From IMG/VR virus record IMGVR_UViG_3300007754_000852: a stretch of DNA of 64,000 bases. One strand, written 5' to 3'. Under the pieces are notes generated by a model. That model was given only the letters and a program-made list of their open reading frames with translations. It had not been told where the DNA came from and ran no database searches. Below are positions 38,963-49,003 of the stretch, piece by piece. This DNA comes from a virus (Duplodnaviria > Caudoviricetes). Numbering within the stretch: the first letter of the stretch is position 1; the number at the start of each line of letters is the position of its first letter. The translations under genes and the position numbers were made by a program.

Positions 38963-41953
38963 TTACGCTCTATCGTGCTCAAAAGTTGTTACGACATCAC
39001 CGCTCTCAAGTGTAAAGAAGAAAACGATATCAGCTGCACCAAACGAGTCACTAGCAACTGCAAACTCTGGACTAACTGTATAGTCACCATTTGCTGCAGA
39101 TGTACCTGATCTCATATACTGTCCATTAAGATAGACATCTAGAGCATCATAAGGATTATTTTGTGCTGTAGCATTTGTGAATCCAGTCCTTCCTGATTCT
39201 GTGTCTAACGTGAGATTCTGTCCATTTGCATGAGATGCTGTAACAGTGTAGAAGTTTCTAGACCTCTTGATCTCACCAGAAGGTGTTGAGATTGTAAGTT
39301 CACCACTTGACCCTGTTGTGATATCAATACCGCTTCCGGCAATGATGTAATCTGATCCATCGTCTAGCTTTGTTAATGAACCACTGATGTTTGTTGCAAT
39401 AAAAATACTACCTGCATCTACTGTCAGTGTATTAGAACTATGTGTTATAGTCACATCACCATTATCCCAGTTGATAACACCGCCTTCTGCGAGGAAGAGG
39501 TCTGACCACTCACCTCCGTTGCCGATCCCGAGGGATGAACCATTATTAGAGGATGGCATCACAATACCAGCTGTAAACTTTACGTCTCCAGAGCTAACTA
39601 CTGAGAGATCAGTTCCATCACCAGTGATATACTCACCAGCATTACCAAAAGCAAGCCTGTGGTTGGCGGTAGCCATGACACAGTTATTTGCTGCCTGATC
39701 AGTTAGAGTGAACTTGGATGTGCTACCAATGTTAATGATTGCGCTATCAGACAACAGATCCAAGTCATCACCGATAACTGCGCTTTTAGCAACACTCAAA
39801 CCACCATCAGTTTGAAGTGAGCCGTCAGTTGTTGAAGTTGCTTCAGTTGCATCATCAGTTTTGAGAACGCCGCTGAAAGTACCTGCACCCGTTACATCAA
39901 CTAAAGTAGCTGTTATATCAAGATCGCCACTAGAGATGATTTGTAAATCAGTTCCAGTACCAGCAATATAATCATTCGCATCACCAAAGGCTAGACGATG
40001 ATTTGCTGATGCCATCAGGGTGTTGCTTGCGTTTGAATGTGTCAACGTGAACGGTTGGTCACTTCCCACCTTGAAGATAGCTGCGTTGGAAAGTAGATCC
40101 AAGTCATCGCCGATAACAGCGCTCTTAGCAACTGATAGACCACCATCGGTCTGTAAAGAACCGTCAGTTGTTGAAGTTGCTTCAGTCGTGTCATTCTGAT
40201 TGAAAGTACCGCCGTCTACTGCTAATGAGTTTCCAGTTTGGGTAAGAGTTACATCACCACTATCCCAGTTGATGACGCCACCCTCAGCTAAGAAGAGATC
40301 AGACCATGCTGTCCCTGCGACGCCAAGTGCAGATCCATCATTAGCAGAAGGCTTAACATTTCCGCCGCCAGCGTTAATGGCAACATCAGCTGCTGCAACA
40401 ATCTGAAGATCTGTAGAGACATCAAGATAATCACTAGCACCGTCGATCTGGAATTTGCTAGCTCTTATGTCAACAAGTGTCATATCTGCCAGAGTTGTTA
40501 CAGATCCGTTGGTCACATCCTTTCTTCCAGCACCCCACACATCATTGGCCACTCGGCCAAAGACAAGTGATTGATTTGCTACCGATGAACCAGATGCCAG
40601 AGCAAGACCACCATTTGCATTTGATGATGCTGCGCCGCTACCAATGAGAACAATAGGATCCTCAACGAGAAGATTTGTAACATCAGATGTAATAGATGTT
40701 CCTGCAACCTCGAGATTTCCGTTGACTCTTACATTAGCAGAGCCGTCGAATGTGAAAGCAGCGTTACCGCTACTATCAGCTATGTTATTACCATTGACCT
40801 GCAGATTACCATCGAAGTATCCTACTCCAGCGCTGTTAATTGAAAACTGCGTCTGATCAGCATTATCCTTTACAATAAATCCATATGTTCCTGCTGCATC
40901 ACCGAGGTTTGCAGCAATACCACCAGCTGAGGCAGTTAAAGCAATAGCATCTACTGCGGCCTCTGTTGATTTAATGATAATTGCATTTGCCTGTGAAGCA
41001 CCACCAATAGTTAGATCTCCTGAAGATGCGTGCCACGTTGAAGCTGCACCTGCAGTGATATCAACCTTTCCAGATGCTGCAAGCGTTCCACCTGTTCCAT
41101 TGTCATGTGTAATGGTGACATCATCACCAGCACCAAGACTTAGAACTGCTGCATCAGAATCTAGCTTAAGATCATTAGAGATGTTAACTGAAGTAGAGGC
41201 ATTGATATCAACAATTGGTGCTGTTATCTCTAACTCTGCATCTGCGTCGATGTCTAGCTGACCGTCAACTGAAGAGTGAATGACAAGCGCGCTATCTCTA
41301 AACTGAAGCTGTATATTTGCTGATCCACTAAGCAGCAGACCTGTATCTGCTACGTGTGATAGTTGCACATCCTGATCTGAACCGAAATATGAGACACCAC
41401 CGTCTGCAAGGTATAGATCTGACCACTCACCAGAAGTAGAACCAAGAGCACTACCATCAGCTGTTGCCGGATAGATAGATGTTGCATTCATTCGAATTTC
41501 ATCATTTCCATTAACTTCAAATGTTATATCAGTTGCTCCCTGTGATCGAACTGAAACTGTATCACCCGTATCAAGATCAATGCGCCCTGTACCACCAATG
41601 CTAATGCTACCTTGACCATTTAGATCAATTGCATCAACATATAGGTTAGCAAATGCGATTCCAGACGCACCTAGATCTGCACCGCTATCGGCATCAGGTC
41701 TAAACCTTGTGTTAGCTGTAATTGTACCAGCTGTTAACGTTGAAAACGTCGGTGTGGCGCTGCTTGCGGCATCATACCAGTTTGTTGTTCCCTTGATGTC
41801 TTCAACTATCTTTCTCAGGTTGTTCATGTCCTGCTGTAAGTTTGATGCAGACAGCATTGTACTGTCGACAGTAATTGCAGTAACTGTCGCAACTGACATG
41901 TCAGAAGAACCTGTAATTTGCTGTTGTCTAAATTTTGTACTAGAACCAGCCAT
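38963..41953 (-). CDS. 996-aa virion/tail-fibre-like beta-repeat protein
   Basis: Gly/Ser/Thr/Asp-rich; repeats SDLFLAEGGVINWD, ATSTTDGSLQTDGGLSVAKSAVIGDDLDLL, NHRLAFG; C-terminal LDVYLNG...DYTV domain. Confidence 0.75.
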   Translation of the reverse strand: MAGSSTKFRQQQITGSSDMSVATVTAITVDSTMLSASNLQQDMNNLRKIVEDIKGTTNWYDAASSATPTFSTLTAGTITANTRFRPDADSGADLGASGIAFANLYVDAIDLNGQGSISIGGTGRIDLDTGDTVSVRSQGATDITFEVNGNDEIRMNATSIYPATADGSALGSTSGEWSDLYLADGGVSYFGSDQDVQLSHVADTGLLLSGSANIQLQFRDSALVIHSSVDGQLDIDADAELEITAPIVDINASTSVNISNDLKLDSDAAVLSLGAGDDVTITHDNGTGGTLAASGKVDITAGAASTWHASSGDLTIGGASQANAIIIKSTEAAVDAIALTASAGGIAANLGDAAGTYGFIVKDNADQTQFSINSAGVGYFDGNLQVNGNNIADSSGNAAFTFDGSANVRVNGNLEVAGTSITSDVTNLLVEDPIVLIGSGAASSNANGGLALASGSSVANQSLVFGRVANDVWGAGRKDVTNGSVTTLADMTLVDIRASKFQIDGASDYLDVSTDLQIVAAADVAINAGGGNVKPSANDGSALGVAGTAWSDLFLAEGGVINWDSGDVTLTQTGNSLAVDGGTFNQNDTTEATSTTDGSLQTDGGLSVAKSAVIGDDLDLLSNAAIFKVGSDQPFTLTHSNASNTLMASANHRLAFGDANDYIAGTGTDLQIISSGDLDITATLVDVTGAGTFSGVLKTDDATEATSTTDGSLQTDGGLSVAKSAVIGDDLDLLSDSAIINIGSTSKFTLTDQAANNCVMATANHRLAFGNAGEYITGDGTDLSVVSSGDVKFTAGIVMPSSNNGSSLGIGNGGEWSDLFLAEGGVINWDNGDVTITHSSNTLTVDAGSIFIATNISGSLTKLDDGSDYIIAGSGIDITTGSSGELTISTPSGEIKRSRNFYTVTASHANGQNLTLDTESGRTGFTNATAQNNPYDALDVYLNGQYMRSGTSAANGDYTVSPEFAVASDSFGAADIVFFFTLESGDVVTTFEHDRA

Positions 41954-41995
41954 AATTATTTTTCCTTTTGTTTTGTTGTGTTAAATTCCTAACTT

Positions 41996-42010
41996 ACACA
42001 CACACACACA
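41996..42010. repeat. (AC)7A dinucleotide tract
   Basis: acacacacacacaca in the leader of the 996-aa gene. Confidence 0.9.
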
Positions 42011-42084
42011 ACCAAATACAAAAACGAAACTTTTCATCTTTAAATATTACAGCTAGTCAAGATTTTAAAGATAAGGCTGATCTT

Positions 42085-42303
42085 TTATGATCTGTAGAGA
42101 ATTTTCTTTAACGTTCTAACGTGGTTGTCAAATTTTGAAAATTCACTATTGACAAATTCAATTGACAGTTGTATAGCCTTATTATCTGAATCATTAAAGA
42201 TGAATTCAAATTTTCCACTAGTCCTTGTTGCATTGAGCAAAGGAAGTCCCCGCATCACAAGGAATGCTGCTAAGGCTAAATCTGATGTTTTATATTCTGT
42301 CAC
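42085..42303 (-). CDS. Small conserved-looking phage protein (DUF5659-like)
   Basis: YKTSDLALAAFL...KFEFIF pattern; family recalled, not searched. Confidence 0.55.
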   Translation of the reverse strand: MTEYKTSDLALAAFLVMRGLPLLNATRTSGKFEFIFNDSDNKAIQLSIEFVNSEFSKFDNHVRTLKKILYRS

Positions 42304-42351
42304 TTGCCATCTTCATTATGTAATCATAAATATTTGCTCCGAAAGATCATT

Positions 42352-45300
42352 TTAAGAAATATAGGGATATGTTGCAAATATAATGTCTGATGAAAGGGGT
42401 GCGGCATTAAATGTTACATCCTGACCGCTGACGACAACGTCATTATTTACACCTTGAGTGAGAAGCTGTCCGTTCATGTATATCATTACACTGCTTGTCG
42501 TTGACGGAGTCTTTGATATCGTAAATGCTGTATTAGAGCCATTTTGTGTGCCAGCAGGTGTCTCATTGAACTTAACCGTCGCTGTTCCGCCCGTAACAGC
42601 CTTGCTATATGTTGACCTCATGACATCACCCACAATGGGTACCCATGACGCAGCAAACGTTATCGTGTCATCAACAAGCGTATAGTCTGAAGATGATCCA
42701 GACGTCTGAAGCGAACCATTTAGATATAGCATTAGGCTTGTGTCAGGGTTTGGTGTGTTGGCAAGCGTAAACACCCTGTTGACTCCGTTAATTGATCCAG
42801 ACGGTGTCTCGTTGAATACCATCTGATTTTTTATCTGCTCGCTATCAGCATTGATGGTAATTTGGCCGTTTGATCCTGTTGATATTGTAACATTATCACC
42901 TGCAACAAGATATGGTAATCCGCTTGTTAGACTGATCAAAGAGCCTGATAATCCTGCATCAAACTTAACAGCTCCGTTAAACGTTGTGCCTGAAACTGTT
43001 GCGACAACGCTATCATCGATATTAAGTGTAACAGCTCCAGACGTTCCACCGCCTGTCAATCCGGTTCCTGCAGTAACAGAAGTGATATCGCCAGACCCTG
43101 CACCTCCGTCGCTTGTTATTGTTAGCGCTCCGCTGGAGCCAGTCGAGATAGAAATGCCAGATCCGGCAATGAGATAATCAGACCCATCAGACAATGATGT
43201 AAGTGACCCAGACAATCCAGCTGAGTGGACTGTTACACCTGTAAATGTCGTACCTGAAACTGTCGCAACGACGCTGTCATCTATATTTAACGTCACTGCA
43301 CCAGACGTTCCGCCTCCTGAGAGGCCTGTTCCGGCTGTAACTGATGTTATGTCACCAGTACCTGCGCTTCCGTCCGTTGATATTGTTAAAGCACCGCTTG
43401 ATCCAGTTGAAATTGATATGCCGCCACCTGCAACAAGATATTCTGACCCATCTGTTAGTGTTGTAAGAGAGCCGCTTAATCCTGCGCTAAACCCAACTGA
43501 TCCATTAAACGTTGTTCCTGACACTGTCGCAACAACACTATCATCAACTGAAAACTCTGTACTAGAAAGACTTAGACCTGTACCTGCGGTATATGTTGTA
43601 TTTGTGTCTGTGGATGATATTGATATCTGTCCAGATGACCCTGTAGAAATGGTAACGTTGCTACCTGCAGCGAGGTATGATGTTCCATTAGATAGATTCT
43701 GTAACGAACCAGACAAGCCAGACGATGCAACAACATTTCCTGAGAATGTTGTTCCTGAAACAGTTGCGACGACACTGTCATCAATATTAAGAGTAACAGC
43801 TCCAGATGTTCCTCCCCCTGAGAGACCTGTTCCTGCAGTTACAGCTGTTATATCTCCAGTTCCTGCTGCTGTAGATGAAATTGTAATTGCGCCTGATGAA
43901 CCTGTTGAAATTGTAACATTTGATCCGGCAATTAGATAGTTAGATCCATCTGTTAGTTTTGTTAATGATCCAGACAATCCTTGTGAAAAATTAACAACTC
44001 CGCTAAATGATGTTCCTGAAACTGTTGCAACTATACTGTCGTCTACACTAAATGTCGTGCTTGATAAGCTTAGTCCGGTTCCGGCTGTGTATGTTGTATT
44101 TGTGTCTGTTGAAGCAATTGTTATTTGACCATTTGACGCAGTTGTAATTGCTACATTGCTGCCTGCTGAAAGATATGACAATCCTCCTGAAAGGTTCTGA
44201 AGTGATCCTGATAGACCAGATGATGCAACAATGTTGCCTGTAAATATTGCTCCTGATATTGTTGCAACGATGCTGTCGTCGATCGCTAATTCAGTTGAAT
44301 CAATCTTTAGACCGCCAGAAGATTTGACATCGATACTAAACTCTGTGCTAGAGAGATCTAGGCCGTCACCAGCAGTGTAAGTCGTATTGGTGTCAGTTGA
44401 AGCAATTACTATCTGCCCTGTCGAACCAGTTGAAACTGTAACATTGCTTCCTCCCGCTAAATACGACGTCCCATCTGATAGATGGTGTAAAGATCCTGAC
44501 AATCCTGCGCCAAATGAAACTGCTCCTGTGAAATTACTACCTGATATTGTTGCAACAGTGCTATCATCAATATTTAAGGTTACAACTCCAGATGTTCCGC
44601 CTCCTGTCAGTCCAGTTCCAGCAGTTACGGCAGTTATATCTCCAACTGTTCCATCGTTTGTAATAGTTAAAGCTCCGCTTGATCCTGTTGAAATAGAAAT
44701 TCCAGAACCTGCAATGAGGTATTCTGAACCATCTGCTAGAGCTGTCAAAGAGCCGCTAAGCTTATCTGCAAAAACTTGTCCTGATAGATGTAGATTGCTT
44801 TGAATTGCACCTGAGACATAGATGTCAGGCGAAGCTACGCCAAATGTTGCTGAGCCGCTAAGATCTCCTATTACTATTGATCCTGAATTTAGTCTAAAAT
44901 ATGAGCTACCGCTGTACTGAAAATCTATTCCTGTAGCGCCGTTTAGAGTTAGAGTTCCAGCAGATGTTTCTATCTCTGTCGCAACTGAAGACTTTATTAT
45001 CTTAGAAGAAGAATTCTTTATTGTTCCTGTTAATGAGAAATCAGAGACTGATCCAGAAAGATAAACTCCATTATCAAACTTAACAGCGCCATTAAACACA
45101 GCACCAGAAACTGTTGCAACTATAGAGTCGTCTATGCTGAATGTTGTACTAGATAGATCAAGACCTGTTCCGGCTGTGTATGTTGTATTTGTGTCTGTTG
45201 ATGAGACAGTTATCTGTCCAGAGGAGCCGGTTGAAATGGTGACATTAGAACCTGCAGCGAGGTATGATGTTCCATTAGATAAATTCTGCAATGAGCCAGA

Positions 45301-48300
45301 TAGGCCTGATGATGCAACAACGTTTCCTGAGAATGTTGTTCCTGACACAGTAGCAACAACACTATCATCGATGCTAAACGTCGTGCTAGAAAGATCTAAT
45401 CCTGTTCCAGCTGTATACGTGGTGTTTGTGTCTGTGGATGATATTGATATCTGTCCAGATGACCCTGTAGAAATAGTTACGTTGCTACCTGCAGCGAGGT
45501 ATGATGTTCCATTAGATAGATTCTGTAACGATCCAGACAAGCCAGACGATGCAACAACATTTCCTGAGAATGTTGTTCCTGAAACAGTTGCGACGACACT
45601 GTCGTCTATGCTAAATGTTGTGCTAGAAAGATCTAACCCTGTGCCAGCTGTGTAGGTGGTGTTTGTGTCTGTTGATGCAATTGTGACCTGACCTGTTGAC
45701 CCTGTAGAAATAGTTACGTTGCTACCTGCTGCAAGGTATGAAGTTCCATCTGTCAATCTTGTTAGTGATCCAGAAAGACCCTGTGTGTGCTTTGTCACTC
45801 CTGTAAATGATGATCCCGATATTGTTGCAACTGTACTATCGTTTATGTTGAGTGTTACTGCCCCAGACGTTCCGCCACCGGTCAATCCAGTTCCTGCAGT
45901 AACGGATGATATGTCTCCAACTGTTCCGTCATTTGTGATTGTTAGTGCACCGCTAGAACCCGTTGAGATAGAAATTCCAGATCCAGCAATGAGATATTCA
46001 GTTCCATCAGTCAGAGCTGTAAGTGATCCGCTTAATCCGGATGTAAATCTGGCCGTTCCCGTAACTGACATGTCAGACACAGAACCTGAAAAGTGTACGT
46101 TGTCTGTAAATGTTGTTCCAGATGAAACTTGAGCTACGACATTAGTGTTTATTGCAACGGTTATAGATGATCCCACACCAGCATCAGATATTGTCAGACC
46201 AGAGCCTGCTGCAAGAACTCTTTCATTTTGAAGAGACCCTGTTGATGATAGCACAACATATGACGCTGCATCATCAGCACCTCCAGCTGCTGCTGTAACA
46301 GTAACGTTTCCAGACGATCCTGTTGATAGTGTTATGTTTTTTCCTGCAACTAAGTACGGTGATCCGTCAGCTAGTGTTGTTAATGATCCACTAAGACTAT
46401 CTGCAAAAACAGATCCTGACAGATAAATGCTGTTATCTATCTTTGTTGAATCAGATGAGATGTGAACCTGTGGTCCCTTAATTGATCCCGTTAACGTAAA
46501 ATCTGAAACAGATCCTGACAAATACACATCATTGCTAAATTTAACTCCTCCTGTAAAATTGCTTCCTGAAACTGTCGCAACAACACTATCATCGATATTT
46601 AACGTTACTGCACCAGATGTTCCTCCTCCTGAGAGACCTGTTCCTGCTGTTACAGCTGTTATATCTCCAACTGTTCCATCATTAGTGATTGTCAGAGAGC
46701 CATCTGTGCCTGTTGAAATTGAGATTCCAGAACCGGCTATAAGATATTCTGATCCGTCAGACAATGTCGTTAGTGATCCGCTAAGACCACTATTGAACCT
46801 AGCTGTTCCTGTTGCAACAAACGATGACACAGATCCGTGAAAATAAACTCCGGCAGGATCTATCGAAAACAACTGTGTTCCGGCATTTTGAAGAGAGACA
46901 CCCGTCTGTCCGTCAATCGTTACCTTTCCTGACTTTGTCTCTATCTCTGTTGCAACTGATGACTCAATTATCTTTGAAGCAGAGCTTTTTATTGTCCCTG
47001 TTAGAGTAAAATCTGATACAGATCCTGAGAGATGTATACTTCCAGATCCAACATATACGCTTCCTGTCGTTGCAATGATTACATCTGTTCCGCCCTGCTT
47101 GATCTTTATTCCATCTCGTCCATCTAGAGTTAAAAATCCTCCTGCTGTCTCTATCTCTGTTGCAACTGATGACTCAATTATCTTTGAGACATTACTTTTA
47201 ATTGTTCCTGTTAATGAGAAGTCAGACACTGATCCTGATAGGTGTATATTATCATCAAACTTTGCACCCTTGTCAAACTCTGCCTGATTATCAAATCTCA
47301 CATATCCATCAAATTCGACGTCTGGATCACTTGTCGATCCTCCGGTATTTGCAAACCAAACATCTCCTTGATTTTCAAACTTAACATCTCTGCTATCCTG
47401 AACAGAGATAACAGCAACTCCTCCCTCATGAATCGACACGCCTGTCTTTCCATCAAGAACTAGCTTCCCTGCTGACGTCTCTATCTCTGTTGCAACTGAT
47501 GACTCAATAATCTTTGAAGCTGAACTCTTTATCGTTCCTGTTAGTGCGAAGTCAGACACTGATCCTGAAAGGTGAACACTACCACTATGCTGTACTGGAC
47601 CGTTAAAATATGAATTAGATGATACCTCTAATCCAGAGCTTGCCTTTATTGTTCCGGTTGCTGTGAAATCAGAAACTGTTGCAGAAAGATATAGATTATT
47701 TTCAATCTTAGTTGCATCTGATGTTACATGAAGAGAAGGTCCTCGTATGGCTCCGGTCAAAATAAAACCCGAGACGCTTCCTGACATGTGAACAGCATCA
47801 TTAAAATATGATGATCCGGTTACTTGTATTCCTGAGCTTGCCTTTATTGTTCCGGTTGCTGTGAAATCAGAAACAGATCCTGAGAAGTGTACGTTGTCTG
47901 TGAACGTTGTACCTGATACCAGTTTTGCGACGACATTTTCATTAATTCTTAAAAGGTATGTTCCACCAGCGCCGCCATCCGTCGCCCTAAGGCCGTTATC
48001 TAGTCCTAATAATCTCTCATTTGGCAAAGAGCTCGTCAGGCCTAAAACTACAAACTTTGCATCTTTATCAGCGCCTCCTGCACCCGCTGAGGGAGCTGAA
48101 ATGATTACCTGGCCGGCTGCATCTGAACCAGAATCAATCGTGATATTATCACCTGCGCTAAGATAGCTCCTTCCATCTATTAACCTGTGTAAGGATCCTG
48201 TCATTCCTGTTTGAAATTTTGCTGAACCCGTTGCCTCAAACGCTGATATTGACTGTGAAAAATGAACCCTGCTATCAAACAGCGTCGATGAAGCAGATAC

Positions 48301-48861
48301 ATGAAACTGTGCACCTCTTATCGAACCTGTTAAGTTGAAACCAGATACATTTCCAAACAGGTATGTATTGCTCTCCATAGTCACATCAGACTTAAAGATG
48401 CTTGCTGATGAAACAAACGCTAAGTCATTTGTATTTGCAGCAATCGTTATATTTCCGCCAGCGCCTCCATCATTAAATGTTAGACCTGCGCCGGCTGCAA
48501 GGACCCTCTCGGCATTTAATGACCCTGTTGCCTCAAGAACAACAAATGTTGCGTCTCTATCTCCTTTTCCGCTACCAACATTCGCTTTTATGTGTATTGA
48601 TCCTTTTGATCCAGTCGTAACAATAATATTGTCTCCGCCCTGAATAAAGTCTGATCCGTCAATTAGCTTTGTAATTGATCCAGTTATTCCTCCAGATGCA
48701 ACTAAAACACCCTTTGTAGTTAATTGACTTTTAAATGCGTCTGAGTCTAGTCCAACCTGAAAGCTGTTTGGAGAGATAATTCTATCAACTCTTTCAGAGA
48801 GTTTCTTTTGGAGAACTATAAAGTCACTCTTTTTTATATCACTCTTTCTACTAGACGACAT
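42352..48861 (-). CDS. 2169-aa repetitive tail-fibre/virion protein
   Basis: Many copies of GLSGSL..L.DG..YL.AG, GDITAVTAGTGL.GGGTSG.VTL, DTNTTYTAGTGL, IDDSVVATVSG; two C-terminal FNETP.G...Y.NG domains. Confidence 0.8.
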   Translation of the reverse strand: MSSSRKSDIKKSDFIVLQKKLSERVDRIISPNSFQVGLDSDAFKSQLTTKGVLVASGGITGSITKLIDGSDFIQGGDNIIVTTGSKGSIHIKANVGSGKGDRDATFVVLEATGSLNAERVLAAGAGLTFNDGGAGGNITIAANTNDLAFVSSASIFKSDVTMESNTYLFGNVSGFNLTGSIRGAQFHVSASSTLFDSRVHFSQSISAFEATGSAKFQTGMTGSLHRLIDGRSYLSAGDNITIDSGSDAAGQVIISAPSAGAGGADKDAKFVVLGLTSSLPNERLLGLDNGLRATDGGAGGTYLLRINENVVAKLVSGTTFTDNVHFSGSVSDFTATGTIKASSGIQVTGSSYFNDAVHMSGSVSGFILTGAIRGPSLHVTSDATKIENNLYLSATVSDFTATGTIKASSGLEVSSNSYFNGPVQHSGSVHLSGSVSDFALTGTIKSSASKIIESSVATEIETSAGKLVLDGKTGVSIHEGGVAVISVQDSRDVKFENQGDVWFANTGGSTSDPDVEFDGYVRFDNQAEFDKGAKFDDNIHLSGSVSDFSLTGTIKSNVSKIIESSVATEIETAGGFLTLDGRDGIKIKQGGTDVIIATTGSVYVGSGSIHLSGSVSDFTLTGTIKSSASKIIESSVATEIETKSGKVTIDGQTGVSLQNAGTQLFSIDPAGVYFHGSVSSFVATGTARFNSGLSGSLTTLSDGSEYLIAGSGISISTGTDGSLTITNDGTVGDITAVTAGTGLSGGGTSGAVTLNIDDSVVATVSGSNFTGGVKFSNDVYLSGSVSDFTLTGSIKGPQVHISSDSTKIDNSIYLSGSVFADSLSGSLTTLADGSPYLVAGKNITLSTGSSGNVTVTAAAGGADDAASYVVLSSTGSLQNERVLAAGSGLTISDAGVGSSITVAINTNVVAQVSSGTTFTDNVHFSGSVSDMSVTGTARFTSGLSGSLTALTDGTEYLIAGSGISISTGSSGALTITNDGTVGDISSVTAGTGLTGGGTSGAVTLNINDSTVATISGSSFTGVTKHTQGLSGSLTRLTDGTSYLAAGSNVTISTGSTGQVTIASTDTNTTYTAGTGLDLSSTTFSIDDSVVATVSGTTFSGNVVASSGLSGSLQNLSNGTSYLAAGSNVTISTGSSGQISISSTDTNTTYTAGTGLDLSSTTFSIDDSVVATVSGTTFSGNVVASSGLSGSLQNLSNGTSYLAAGSNVTISTGSSGQITVSSTDTNTTYTAGTGLDLSSTTFSIDDSIVATVSGAVFNGAVKFDNGVYLSGSVSDFSLTGTIKNSSSKIIKSSVATEIETSAGTLTLNGATGIDFQYSGSSYFRLNSGSIVIGDLSGSATFGVASPDIYVSGAIQSNLHLSGQVFADKLSGSLTALADGSEYLIAGSGISISTGSSGALTITNDGTVGDITAVTAGTGLTGGGTSGVVTLNIDDSTVATISGSNFTGAVSFGAGLSGSLHHLSDGTSYLAGGSNVTVSTGSTGQIVIASTDTNTTYTAGDGLDLSSTEFSIDVKSSGGLKIDSTELAIDDSIVATISGAIFTGNIVASSGLSGSLQNLSGGLSYLSAGSNVAITTASNGQITIASTDTNTTYTAGTGLSLSSTTFSVDDSIVATVSGTSFSGVVNFSQGLSGSLTKLTDGSNYLIAGSNVTISTGSSGAITISSTAAGTGDITAVTAGTGLSGGGTSGAVTLNIDDSVVATVSGTTFSGNVVASSGLSGSLQNLSNGTSYLAAGSNVTISTGSSGQISISSTDTNTTYTAGTGLSLSSTEFSVDDSVVATVSGTTFNGSVGFSAGLSGSLTTLTDGSEYLVAGGGISISTGSSGALTISTDGSAGTGDITSVTAGTGLSGGGTSGAVTLNIDDSVVATVSGTTFTGVTVHSAGLSGSLTSLSDGSDYLIAGSGISISTGSSGALTITSDGGAGSGDITSVTAGTGLTGGGTSGAVTLNIDDSVVATVSGTTFNGAVKFDAGLSGSLISLTSGLPYLVAGDNVTISTGSNGQITINADSEQIKNQMVFNETPSGSINGVNRVFTLANTPNPDTSLMLYLNGSLQTSGSSSDYTLVDDTITFAASWVPIVGDVMRSTYSKAVTGGTATVKFNETPAGTQNGSNTAFTISKTPSTTSSVMIYMNGQLLTQGVNNDVVVSGQDVTFNAAPLSSDIIFATYPYIS
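43601..45603. repeat. 179-bp direct repeat (43601-43779 and 45425-45603) plus 240-bp tandem units near 45130-45700
   Basis: Manual comparison gave 3 mismatches in 179 bp; TNTTY codons recur at 240-nt spacing. Confidence 0.85.
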
Positions 48862-49003
48862 CTGTAACTCTTAACATAGATAGTTTCACTTAAAGCACAC
48901 TCATCCAACAATAAATATAGTTGTTATGAAGAGTAAGCCAGTTGATTTTAATCAACAGCGATATTTTATAAGGCGACTTACTGTCATAGATTAATTAAAA
49001 TAG

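Noticed and set aside
42352-48861. CRISPR array or diversity-generating retroelement suggested by the repeats
   Set aside because: The repeats are in-frame protein repeats without unique spacers, mismatches are not adenine-specific, and no cas or reverse transcriptase gene is seen.
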